From: an uncultured virus (IMG/VR IMGVR_UViG_3300012344_000022)
Lineage: Duplodnaviria; Heunggongvirae; Uroviricota; Caudoviricetes
IMG/VR virus record: IMGVR_UViG_3300012344_000022
Reading direction: 5' to 3' (one strand)
Length of the DNA: 64,000 nt
The translations under genes and the position numbers were made by a program. Under the pieces are notes generated by a model. The model ran no database searches. It was not told the DNA's origin and saw nothing but the letters and a program-made list of their open reading frames with translations. This document shows positions 20,322 through 29,191 of this stretch, piece by piece. Within the stretch, counting starts at the first letter, position 1. Each line of letters begins with the position of its first letter.

Positions 20322-21817
20322 CACATTTTCAGTTTCTTCACTTCATAAGGAAAACCCTGACTTTCATATATTTTTATTCTTTCCCTTGCATGTGCCATCT
20401 CATAACATCCGGAATAAAGATCATCAGATATGTCATATATATTGACGAAGTCTTTTCCTATTTTCTCACTTTTTCGCAATCCCCTACCTATACTCTGCAA
20501 AACTGTAGATACGGACTTATAACTACTGACAAAGAATATGTTGAAAATCTTGTTGATGGAAATTCCTGTACTTGATGTGCCGAAACTGGCCACCAGTATC
20601 ACATCATCCTTTATCTCCATCCTCTTTCTTATTTCTTCTCTCACATTCTTGTCAATGTCACCATCAATATAATAAACCATTCTTGTGGTATTTTCCTTCA
20701 ACCATTTGAATATTCTCTTTCCATAATCCCTGTCCTTGAACAATACCATAGTGTTCTTGTCAGTTTTTGAGATGAGTTTTGTTATGATGAAGAATCTTTT
20801 TTCACTTTCATTCACATACTTGTTTTCAAGCTGAAACATATCCTTTCCATTTCCCACCTTTACAAGTTGTTTCTTTGCATTTTTGAAAGCATCTTTCTGT
20901 TGATCAGATGTATAGTCAAGTCTTATTTGTGAGATTTTGCAGTTTGAGATATATCCTTCTTGTTGAAGCTGTTGTGCTTTTACATCCACTATTATCGGAC
21001 CGAAATTTGTTGCAAGAGTAAGACCGTCAGCATATTTTGTAGTGGGTATAGTTCCTGATACTCCTATTCTGTATGGACATTTGATCATCCCAGAAATCTT
21101 AATTTGACTTGAACTTGTTGCCAAATGACATTCATCTGTTATCTCTGCATCAAACTGCTCAAAATACTCTGGACATTCCTTGCACAATGACTGATATGTT
21201 CCTATGAAAATATTAGCATCTGGTTCAACCTTACATCCTGAATATATCTGCTGGATTTTGATGTCAAGTTTACCGTTATTATATCGAAAAAAATCTTCTC
21301 GGGGCTGTAGTACGAGGTCCACTTTCGGAACGATCATAACAACTTTCCTGACATTATCCTTATGTGTGAAGAGCCATGCAAAAATTATAAATGATATGAG
21401 TGTCTTTCCTGCCGATGTTGCCAGTTGAAGCATACATCTTCTGTATTTCAATGCTTTGTATGCAGCATCTACCTGATAATATCTAGGTTTTATCTCATTG
21501 TCCTTGAAAAAGTCATCACACCATTCCTTGAATTCATCATAATCTATCATATTGTCAAACAGTATGTCAAGATTTTCGATTTCGCAGGTAAATCCGAATT
21601 CTTCACATATATTGAAAAGATACTGATATGTTCCTGCCGGAAGATATTTCCCCTTTATGAAATTGATTTTACCATCCCATGTCCCGTGCTTGTATGCCGG
21701 TGAAAACCTGCCGTTCTTCACATCCTTGTTATATGAAATGCACAACTGATCATACTCCTTTTGGGAACATTCATCAATTACAAGATATTCTTTTGTATCA
21801 TCAATGTGTAATTTCAT
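20321..21817 (-). CDS. uvsW: UvsW-like SF2 DNA helicase
   Basis: T4 UvsW-like N-terminus 'FSPAYKHGTWDGKI'; Q-motif 'PRYYQ'; Walker A 'ATSAGKT'; 'DECH'; 'LQSIGRGLR'. Confidence 0.9.
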   Translation of the reverse strand: MKLHIDDTKEYLVIDECSQKEYDQLCISYNKDVKNGRFSPAYKHGTWDGKINFIKGKYLPAGTYQYLFNICEEFGFTCEIENLDILFDNMIDYDEFKEWCDDFFKDNEIKPRYYQVDAAYKALKYRRCMLQLATSAGKTLISFIIFAWLFTHKDNVRKVVMIVPKVDLVLQPREDFFRYNNGKLDIKIQQIYSGCKVEPDANIFIGTYQSLCKECPEYFEQFDAEITDECHLATSSSQIKISGMIKCPYRIGVSGTIPTTKYADGLTLATNFGPIIVDVKAQQLQQEGYISNCKISQIRLDYTSDQQKDAFKNAKKQLVKVGNGKDMFQLENKYVNESEKRFFIITKLISKTDKNTMVLFKDRDYGKRIFKWLKENTTRMVYYIDGDIDKNVREEIRKRMEIKDDVILVASFGTSSTGISINKIFNIFFVSSYKSVSTVLQSIGRGLRKSEKIGKDFVNIYDISDDLYSGCYEMAHARERIKIYESQGFPYEVKKLKM

Positions 21818-21891
21818 AAACAAAAAAACTATATAATAAATATAACAAATATGTGAAATGGTCTGATTTTCAAATTATTTCACTATTATAT

Positions 21892-23556
21892 TTATGAATT
21901 TTTCATCATTTCATTTCTTTCTTCATCAGTGAGTTTATCAAGTATGGATATATATCTTTTCAATGTACTCAAAGAAATCTTTCTCATATTGTTTTGTTGA
22001 AGACATATGTTCGTCTGTTTGAAAAGTTCAGATCTTGTCATATATCTTGACATCAATTCATTTACCACAACAAGATTCATATTCATTCTCTTCCGTCTTG
22101 TTTTCAATGATTTTTCTCTGTCAAAAGAAGAATATGGGTTTTGTATGTTTACCTTATTTATTGCAAAGTTGAAACCACTCATGAATGTCTTCTTGAATTC
22201 GCTTATTGAGTATTCCCCCTTGTGTGTAGTTCCGGGCCAATTTCCTTTATATTCACTGTCCTTAACTTTATATTGATTTCTTACTTCATTATATACTTCA
22301 TTTTGAAACTCTTTCATCTGTTCTGGTTTCATAGATTTTATTTTTTCACTGTCAAGTTTGAACTGTCTTATCATATTCCATGTAGTGTCTCTTGAACAGT
22401 TAAGAACAAAATCATTTCTTGATGAACTTTCTTCCTGATTTTCATCGGTATTCTTTCTTTTTCTTATTTGTTTTTCTTCCATCACATTCTCGGCATCCTT
22501 GATATCCTTCACCGTATCATTTGAAATCTTCTTTACGATATTGTCCATTATGTCCGCAATTCTTCCGTACCATTCATCAAGTTCTGGTGCCTCATCATAA
22601 TACATCTGTCTCACTTCCTTTGTCGAGAAGTAAAATTCCATATCCTCATTTGACAAAAATTTTATTTTACCGTCTCTCATCACGGGCATTTTGAGTTCAA
22701 GATTGTATTTTTTCTTCAATGCACACATCGGATTCTTCGCTTTCCAGAAAGTATAGTTCTTGTCCCCGAATTTTCTTTTATTCTTTATATCACATAATGC
22801 CATAGTGAATCTTCTGTATATTATTCCATTTTCTGTTAATTTTGTGAAGTCCGTCTTTTTATTGACCATCTCACAGTTCTTGTTCTTGACAATATATAGT
22901 TCCTTCAAAGTGTTCTCATATAGTTCATTGTCAATGGTCTTATATTCCAGACTTTTTATCAGCCACTGCAACTGGACATGTTTTGACTCCCTGTTGAATA
23001 TTATGAAATCCGGTAAATTGTTTCTTGTGCCAAACTTATACAGAAGGTCTTTCAGGTCATCCTTATTGTCCTGTCTGGTGCAGTCCACATCGATATCCAT
23101 TACCACAAGATTTCTCAAATTTCTAGTATATCCTGTCCCTATGGCAGAATAATCATTGTATTCATAACACAGGTCAAGAAAATTGTCAATATGCTTTGAC
23201 TTCATCTCCCTTTCCATAATCTTGAATGACGGGTCATCCTTTCTTTTTGATATATCATTGCTGTATACGGAATATTGAATTTGATTCAAAAGATATTTTG
23301 ATGGTGAAGTTCTGAATATTGATATTCTTGGATCCACAAAATAAATATTTTCAAATTCATCACATTTGAAAGCCATAAAGAAACAGTTTTCCCGTCTCAA
23401 AACAACATAATGAAACTGAAGGGTGCATATGTCTTCACCTTTCCATCTTTTGTCTACCATATAGTAAAACCATGTCATTTTGTTTCTTTTGTCCTGTTTC
23501 TGGACTTTTATCTCAAATAAATCATCACTACTGTATATAATATCCTTGATTGTCAT
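21892..23556 (-). CDS. ColE2-type replicase (AEP-family primase + PriCT-like + C-terminal HTH)
   Basis: 'VVMDIDVD' (DxD), 'PDFIIFNRESKHVQLQWLI', 'FGDKNY...KNP', 'SRNDFVL', and a terminal HTH-like 'ISLSTLKRYI'. Confidence 0.6.
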   Translation of the reverse strand: MTIKDIIYSSDDLFEIKVQKQDKRNKMTWFYYMVDKRWKGEDICTLQFHYVVLRRENCFFMAFKCDEFENIYFVDPRISIFRTSPSKYLLNQIQYSVYSNDISKRKDDPSFKIMEREMKSKHIDNFLDLCYEYNDYSAIGTGYTRNLRNLVVMDIDVDCTRQDNKDDLKDLLYKFGTRNNLPDFIIFNRESKHVQLQWLIKSLEYKTIDNELYENTLKELYIVKNKNCEMVNKKTDFTKLTENGIIYRRFTMALCDIKNKRKFGDKNYTFWKAKNPMCALKKKYNLELKMPVMRDGKIKFLSNEDMEFYFSTKEVRQMYYDEAPELDEWYGRIADIMDNIVKKISNDTVKDIKDAENVMEEKQIRKRKNTDENQEESSSRNDFVLNCSRDTTWNMIRQFKLDSEKIKSMKPEQMKEFQNEVYNEVRNQYKVKDSEYKGNWPGTTHKGEYSISEFKKTFMSGFNFAINKVNIQNPYSSFDREKSLKTRRKRMNMNLVVVNELMSRYMTRSELFKQTNICLQQNNMRKISLSTLKRYISILDKLTDEERNEMMKNS

Positions 23557-23604
23557 TTATTCCATAAATAAACTTGAAAAACAAATAAAAAATAACAACA
23601 AAGA

Positions 23605-24180
23605 ATGCAGAAATATGACATTCTTGAATGGGTGAACTATTTTGAGAGAACAGACGGGAAAGTAAACCCAGATGCTGACTTTCTTGACAGTTCAAGTAGA
23701 GTTCTTTATCCGGGAAGATTCTATGTATTGAAGTATGTCGCACAGACAAAAGACAGATATAATGCGAGACCGGTTCTGATAAGTATGGGAATAAGTCAAA
23801 AAGATCCTGATTCATTTCTTTGCATTGATTTGAGCATACTTCCGAAAAATGTAAGACTGAAATTCATAGAGATGTATTTCAATCTGTATAGAACTGACAT
23901 AATGCAGAACATTGAGAGATATCCTTCCGTGGAGGATGCGGACAGACAGTCATGGATGAGAAGTTTCAGTTATGAGAACATATGTAAAATGGTAAATATG
24001 ATACCATTGAAACATGCAATCAAGAGATACAAGATAAAGAATACCGTCAAGATATATTCAATTCCTTTCAGCAAGGTATACAAGATTGTGGGGGATTACT
24101 GTGATGAAAACTTTTATGTGAATGGAACAGTGGGGGACGTACAGAGAGAGTTCATTGAAAAAATAAGAACATCAAGATAG
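23605..24180 (+). CDS. T4 gp2-like DNA end protector protein
   Basis: 'PGRFYVLKY...YNARPVLI...FLCIDLSILP..VR' resembles gp2. Late-type CATAAATA at 23563. Confidence 0.6.
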   Translation: MQKYDILEWVNYFERTDGKVNPDADFLDSSSRVLYPGRFYVLKYVAQTKDRYNARPVLISMGISQKDPDSFLCIDLSILPKNVRLKFIEMYFNLYRTDIMQNIERYPSVEDADRQSWMRSFSYENICKMVNMIPLKHAIKRYKIKNTVKIYSIPFSKVYKIVGDYCDENFYVNGTVGDVQREFIEKIRTSR

Positions 24181-24194
24181 TTTGTTATTTTTAT
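24181..24194 (+). promoter_or_regulatory. Representative copy of the recurrent TTTGTTATWTTTAT upstream element (putative early/middle promoter)
   Basis: About 13 copies in the window, always intergenic and oriented toward a nearby ATG. Confidence 0.65.
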
Positions 24195-24206
24195 ATAAAA
24201 AGTTAT

Positions 24207-25142
24207 ATGGGAAGAAATATAAAGTCATATAATGAATTCATAAATGAACAGGTAGAAGAAATAAAGACATATAAAATCATAGAGTATACTCCTGATTCAA
24301 ATTGGAATTATATCTTACAGAATAAAGTGGAGATATGGAATTTTCTCAATGATGGGTACATATTTGCCGGATATGACAAATTTTGTGGATGTGATAATGC
24401 AAGAAGTTTGATAAAGAATTCTTCCCTGATAAAAATTGCATACTATAATAATGTATATATTGCAATAAGTGTTTATACCAGTTATAGGAGTGGGTTCAAA
24501 AATGTTGGTATAACTGCGACAACTGATGAAACTTTGAGAATACTTGGTATTGATGCTGTTCATACTATTATAAAAAATGATATTTGCAATTATGACAATT
24601 TTTTCTGGACAGAATGCAGTGGTGCAATTGAACATCTATGTGAAAAATATAATGGTATAAAAATCCCGAATGAATATGTGTTCGGAATACTTCAGAAAGA
24701 AATCAAACTTGAAAATGATGGGTTTCATTATATCAGAACAATCAAGGGAGATGAACAGAGAAAAATCATATATGGTTTCAATAATTATGAAACATTTCAA
24801 AAAATAAAATCTGAAAATGAAGAATATATCAATAATTGTATTGATAAAATTTTGAATATGCAGATTGATGAAAGCATTGAAAAACCTTCATTTGGAAAGT
24901 TGTCAAAATTGGATACTGTAATAGGTATTATCAATTTCTTTATTGATCAAAGAGTTGAGGAAGACTGCTATGATTTACCTGAATCATCATTGAATATTTT
25001 GAAAAAATATATACATATTGCAGATGAACTTGTGGATTCTGGTGGTGAAACTTCATATGATATGAACACAGTGAAACACATTATACTTATGGGAAAGGAT
25101 GTTTTATATACTTCATCCCCATTGAAAATTTCAAAATTATAA
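24207..25142 (+). CDS. Hypothetical protein with N-terminal capsid-targeting-like peptide
   Basis: Starts MGRNIKSYNEFINE. Confidence 0.6.
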   Translation: MGRNIKSYNEFINEQVEEIKTYKIIEYTPDSNWNYILQNKVEIWNFLNDGYIFAGYDKFCGCDNARSLIKNSSLIKIAYYNNVYIAISVYTSYRSGFKNVGITATTDETLRILGIDAVHTIIKNDICNYDNFFWTECSGAIEHLCEKYNGIKIPNEYVFGILQKEIKLENDGFHYIRTIKGDEQRKIIYGFNNYETFQKIKSENEEYINNCIDKILNMQIDESIEKPSFGKLSKLDTVIGIINFFIDQRVEEDCYDLPESSLNILKKYIHIADELVDSGGETSYDMNTVKHIILMGKDVLYTSSPLKISKL

Positions 25143-25145
25143 TTT

Positions 25146-25439
25146 ATGACATTTGAAGAACTGAAACAACAATTTATTGATAATGGATTTCAAGTGAACG
25201 GAAATTCATTCATACTTGATCAGGTGAGTTATTCAACAATGATTATAAATGGTGTTCCACATCAACAACCACAACATCATAAGTTTGAAATGGAATATGT
25301 CTTTGAAGGAAGTGTATGTGATGCGGGTGATTCAGAAACTGAACCATTATATCAGTTTGATGTTCTTGATGATAATGGGAACAAGGTGATGGGAATTCTT
25401 ATTGATGACTTTGATTCTTTCACAAAATTGGTTGGTTAA
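25146..25439 (+). CDS. Hypothetical protein
   Basis: 97-aa ORF starting 3 nt after the upstream gene. Confidence 0.6.
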   Translation: MTFEELKQQFIDNGFQVNGNSFILDQVSYSTMIINGVPHQQPQHHKFEMEYVFEGSVCDAGDSETEPLYQFDVLDDNGNKVMGILIDDFDSFTKLVG

Positions 25440-25494
25440 TGAAAATTTTATATAGAAAAGAATGTACTTGAAACAATAAATAAAATGAATTCCA

Positions 25495-26883
25495 TCAACA
25501 AGATGAAGTCATTTGTCTCACAAGAGACTTGGTTGATTTCAAGCTGAAAAACTTTGAATTCAAAGAATTCAAAGAAACTCTATACATCATTTTAGAGTTT
25601 TTGAAGAAATCATATAGATTCTTGAAATCCTTGAATTCTCCGGTCACACCAAATTCTTCCAATGACTTGGTGCATCTTTCATAGAAATCATTGATTTCAG
25701 GCTGTATTATATTCTTTCTTTGTGGTTTTGTCTTTATAACATATTGATTATAAAACTCATAACATCTTCTACTTATCTCTATTGAAGCAAGAACCATATC
25801 AGGGAGATTCAAGTCTCTGAACAAAAAGTTTCCTATGAAAGAACTGTAATTTGGTTTAACCTCAAACAGTTTCAAACCATAGATGTTGCATCTCTTCTTC
25901 AGGTTGTTCACCATCTTGGTTCTGTTCCACAGGTTGTTACACAATGAGTTGTATTTTGAACCTTTCTTCTTGTCAGAAGACTTGATTGAAAGGTCTTCCA
26001 CCGCAAACAAGGAACATCTGTAATACAATGCCTTGTCTATCAGGTTCTTGGATATTTCATAGACTTCATGTTCCCTTTTGTTGTTGAGATGGGTTCTCTT
26101 TGGATGGTCTGAACTCAATCCATCAGGGTTCTTCTTTGACTTCTTCAAAGCAAAGTGCTTGTCATTCAATGACTTGATGGAGATGACACCAGAAGAAATC
26201 ACAGAAAATTCACTGGATGATTTCCAGTCAACAACTGACCACCCCACATAGTTGGGGTTCAAATCTATTGAGAACACCCTGTTCTCTATTTTCCTTGATT
26301 CTATCTCTTTAAGTATGATTTCATCAAATGAAATATAGACATAATTCAAATCAACCTTGAAGGTCATACCTATAGTCTTATGTAATTGACAATCAAATAG
26401 TTTATTGATTATTTTCTTATAACCTTTATGGAAATTACAAGAAACATCAAGTTTTATATGTGTCTTTCTGTTGGGTTTGAAGATGATGGTGTTTATGTCA
26501 TCAAAGGCAAACAACCTGTTTGTGTGTTCCTTGTCGCCTATAGAATAGAGCAGTCTCATCCTTTTCTTCAGGAATTCTTCCTTTGAAATCTTTCCCTGAC
26601 ACCTTTTGATAAAGTTGTTCTTTCCGCCGAAAATGATTCTCTTGTCTTCATCCGTAGATGCCTTTATCTGCAATGACTCCTTTATTGAACTGTGTATGAG
26701 ATAATAGTTCATCAATGGTATGTTATTGACTGTCAGACTCTTCAACTCCTTCTCTGTGATATCAGGGTTGTCCATAAGCCTGTTGTACATAAAATGCAGA
26801 CAGGAATTGTACTGTCTGATATACTCAAACAACAAGTCCTTGTCTTCATCACTTACTCTGTATTTCAGCTTTATGGTTGTCAT
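25495..26883 (-). CDS. tnpB: TnpB/Cas12f-like RuvC nuclease (IS200/IS605-type accessory protein) with no adjacent transposase
   Basis: RuvC-I 'VFSIDLNPNYVGW'; RuvC-II 'FAVEDLSI'; 'VKPNYSSFIGN'; RuvC-III 'PDMVLASIEISRR'; N-terminal 'YNSCLHFMYNRL' helix. Confidence 0.8.
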   Translation of the reverse strand: MTTIKLKYRVSDEDKDLLFEYIRQYNSCLHFMYNRLMDNPDITEKELKSLTVNNIPLMNYYLIHSSIKESLQIKASTDEDKRIIFGGKNNFIKRCQGKISKEEFLKKRMRLLYSIGDKEHTNRLFAFDDINTIIFKPNRKTHIKLDVSCNFHKGYKKIINKLFDCQLHKTIGMTFKVDLNYVYISFDEIILKEIESRKIENRVFSIDLNPNYVGWSVVDWKSSSEFSVISSGVISIKSLNDKHFALKKSKKNPDGLSSDHPKRTHLNNKREHEVYEISKNLIDKALYYRCSLFAVEDLSIKSSDKKKGSKYNSLCNNLWNRTKMVNNLKKRCNIYGLKLFEVKPNYSSFIGNFLFRDLNLPDMVLASIEISRRCYEFYNQYVIKTKPQRKNIIQPEINDFYERCTKSLEEFGVTGEFKDFKNLYDFFKNSKMMYRVSLNSLNSKFFSLKSTKSLVRQMTSSC

Positions 26884-27054
26884 ATAAATATTTATGAAAA
26901 AATAGTTTTGTTATTTTTATGGTAAATATGGATGAATTTTATTATTTTTATCAATTTGGATACAACATTGCTTGTTGACAGAAAGAAAAGAAATATTGAA
27001 AAATTGTGGTGAACATATAATAGTTTGTTATTTTTATTGAAGAAAAAATGTTTC

Positions 27055-27270
27055 ATGAAAAGGTATAGAATAAGAAAGTTGACACCAAGAGAGTGTGGAA
27101 GACTTATGGGAGTTGATGACATTGACATCAACTATATGCTTTCCTGTGGATTGAAAGACAGTGAGTTGTATAAAATGTATGGGAATTCTATTGTAACATC
27201 ATGTATGATTCATATGTTTGATAATCTGTTTTTGAACAGACCTGTGAAAAAAAATGTAGAGTTGTGGTAG
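27055..27270 (+). CDS. Free-standing motif IX-X fragment of a C5 cytosine DNA methyltransferase
   Basis: 'YRIRKLTPRECGRLMG' (motif IX) and 'LYKMYGNSIV' (motif X). It has its own upstream element at 27024. Confidence 0.85.
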   Translation: MKRYRIRKLTPRECGRLMGVDDIDINYMLSCGLKDSELYKMYGNSIVTSCMIHMFDNLFLNRPVKKNVELW

Positions 27271-27282
27271 AAAAATAATTTT

Positions 27283-28446
27283 ATGATGAAAAAATATACA
27301 GAAGAAGAACCTTTGAAGGTTTTTACAGCATTTTCGGGTTATGATTCCCAGTGTCTTGCTTTGAAGAGACTTGGGATTCCTTTTGATCTTGTGGGATGGA
27401 GTGAGATAGACAAGGCTGCAATAAAGGCACATGATGCTTTGTTTCCTGAATATAAGGACAGGAATTATGGGGACATTTCAAAGATTGACTGGTCTCAGGT
27501 TCCTGACTTTGAGTTGTTTACTTATTCGAGTCCATGTTTTGTTGCTGGAACTCAAATTTTGACAAAAACAGGATATAAGAATATTGAAGATATACAAAAA
27601 GGTGATGAAGTATTGACACATACCGGAGAGTATCATAGAGTAGTTGATACTATGAATCATCTTTATGCAGGAGTAATGTATCATATACATACAGATTCCG
27701 GATTTGTGGATTGTACAAGAAATCATCCATTTTATGTATATACATCAGGTGAGTATGAATGGGTGAGAGCTGAAGATTTGAATGGGGATACAATGTATAC
27801 CTGCGGTGTAGGACTTTATGGAGATGGAAACTGGACACATGATGAAATCTGTGAAAAGAAGTCATATGTATCTGATGCTCCTATTGTTGTATATAATTTT
27901 GAAGTGGAGAAAGATCACAGCTATATAGCTAATAATATTGTAGTAAAAAACTGTACTGATTTCAGCAATGCCGGTCTGCAAGCAGGTGGTGAAGAGGGTT
28001 CAGGCACAAGGTCTTCACTTCTCTGGGAATGCAGAAAGACCATTCTTGCAAAGAAACCGAAATATCTTATGTTCGAGAATGTGAAGGCACTGGTGAGTGA
28101 AAAATTCTTCTATCTTTTTAACAAATGGTGTAAGGAACTTGAAAGTTATGGATATGTCAATTATTATCAGGTCTTGAATGCAAAGGATTATGGTGTTCCC
28201 CAGAACAGAGAAAGAATCTTTATGATTTCCATATTGAAGACTGATGATGAACCAAATCCTTATTATGAATTCCCAAAACCAATGAAACTGGAAAAGACTG
28301 TCGAGGATGTGCTTGAAGATGATGTTCCAGAGAAGTATTATATGTCTCAGGAAGTGACCGACAAGTATATTCAGAGGATGAAGGAAGAATATCCCGATGG
28401 AATAGGTGAGGATATTGAGGATGATATGGAAGATGGTTTATGGTGA
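27283..28446 (+). CDS. C5 cytosine DNA methyltransferase catalytic fragment (motifs I-VIII) interrupted by an intein
   Basis: FSGYDS (I), GDISKID (III), SSP-[intein]-CTDFSNAG (IV), MFENV (VI), PQNRERIF (VIII). It lacks a TRD and motifs IX-X. Confidence 0.9.
   Translation: MMKKYTEEEPLKVFTAFSGYDSQCLALKRLGIPFDLVGWSEIDKAAIKAHDALFPEYKDRNYGDISKIDWSQVPDFELFTYSSPCFVAGTQILTKTGYKNIEDIQKGDEVLTHTGEYHRVVDTMNHLYAGVMYHIHTDSGFVDCTRNHPFYVYTSGEYEWVRAEDLNGDTMYTCGVGLYGDGNWTHDEICEKKSYVSDAPIVVYNFEVEKDHSYIANNIVVKNCTDFSNAGLQAGGEEGSGTRSSLLWECRKTILAKKPKYLMFENVKALVSEKFFYLFNKWCKELESYGYVNYYQVLNAKDYGVPQNRERIFMISILKTDDEPNPYYEFPKPMKLEKTVEDVLEDDVPEKYYMSQEVTDKYIQRMKEEYPDGIGEDIEDDMEDGLW
27535..27951 (+). mobile_element. Mini-intein (139 aa) inserted in the catalytic Pro-Cys motif
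   Basis: Starts CFVAGTQI; block B 'CTRNHPF'; block F/G 'VYNFEVEKDHSYIANNIVVKN' followed by Cys. No homing endonuclease. Confidence 0.9.
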
Positions 28447-28622
28447 TGAAAAAAGTGAAGAAGACTGTCATCAATACTTGTGAGGACGGAACTGCACATA
28501 CTATTGTGGCTTGGTATGCAAAGGGGGGAAGAAGTAATTTTGCTGGATGGAATGGTTCAAATAGGTTTGTGATGACTGCGGTTCTTGAAGAATACGATGA
28601 TGAAGAAAATGAAGAAAAATAG
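28446..28622 (+). CDS. Free-standing TRD-like peptide 1 of the C5 methyltransferase
   Basis: 'INTCEDGTAHTIVAWYAKGG' (T-I/L motif of C5 TRDs); ends 'AVLEEYDD'; ATG overlaps the MTase TGA. Confidence 0.6.
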   Translation: MKKVKKTVINTCEDGTAHTIVAWYAKGGRSNFAGWNGSNRFVMTAVLEEYDDEENEEK

Positions 28623-28803
28623 GGAAAGGTTCATAGTTGACCATCAGGGTTATGGCAAAGCAGATCCAAGACCGGGATCACATATGGTTATGTCTGCAAA
28701 CAAGAATGTCTGCACCACATTGACCACGTTCTGTTCATTGAACAAGGCTGTGGTGGAGATTTATGAAGATGATGAAAGTTCAGACAGTGAAAGTTTATGG
28801 TAA
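28609..28803 (+). CDS. Free-standing TRD-like peptide 2 of the C5 methyltransferase
   Basis: 'VMSANKNVCTTLTT' TL motif; ends 'AVVEIYEDD...LW'; overlaps the upstream ORF. Confidence 0.55.
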   Translation: MKKNRERFIVDHQGYGKADPRPGSHMVMSANKNVCTTLTTFCSLNKAVVEIYEDDESSDSESLW

Positions 28804-29189
28804 TGAGAATTCTGGATTTTGAAAGTTTTGTGAATGAATCGCACGAACATCTTGCGATTCTTATTACAATCCCAAAAACAATAAAATGGGAAGACTACAA
28901 GAAAGAGTTGGAAACTGTGAAGGATGGAAATCAGGAAATGAGTTTCAGGGTGTCATCAAAACCTACAAAGGTAAAACCAGGAGACAGATGTTATCTTTGT
29001 CATAATGGTTTTATCAAGGGATGGATGATTATTTCAAATATTGAATACAGGAATGCATTCGACTGTTCAACCACAGGGAAACACTGGGATGAAGGATGGT
29101 ATGTATCTCGTTCAGGAGAATTCCATAAACTTGACAAGGAAATTCCACAGAAAGGGTTTCAGGGGTATCATTATATAAAGGAAATATAA
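28803..29189 (+). CDS. PUA-superfamily (ASCH/EVE-like) protein with capsid-targeting-like N-terminus
   Basis: Starts MRILDFESFVNE; 'VKPGDRCYLCHNGFIKGWMII'; ends 'QKGFQGYHY'. Confidence 0.5.
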   Translation: MRILDFESFVNESHEHLAILITIPKTIKWEDYKKELETVKDGNQEMSFRVSSKPTKVKPGDRCYLCHNGFIKGWMIISNIEYRNAFDCSTTGKHWDEGWYVSRSGEFHKLDKEIPQKGFQGYHYIKEI

Positions 29190-29191
29190 TT

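Noticed and set aside
25440..27054. CRISPR array associated with the Cas12f/TnpB-like gene
   Set aside because: No regularly spaced direct repeats are visible on either side.
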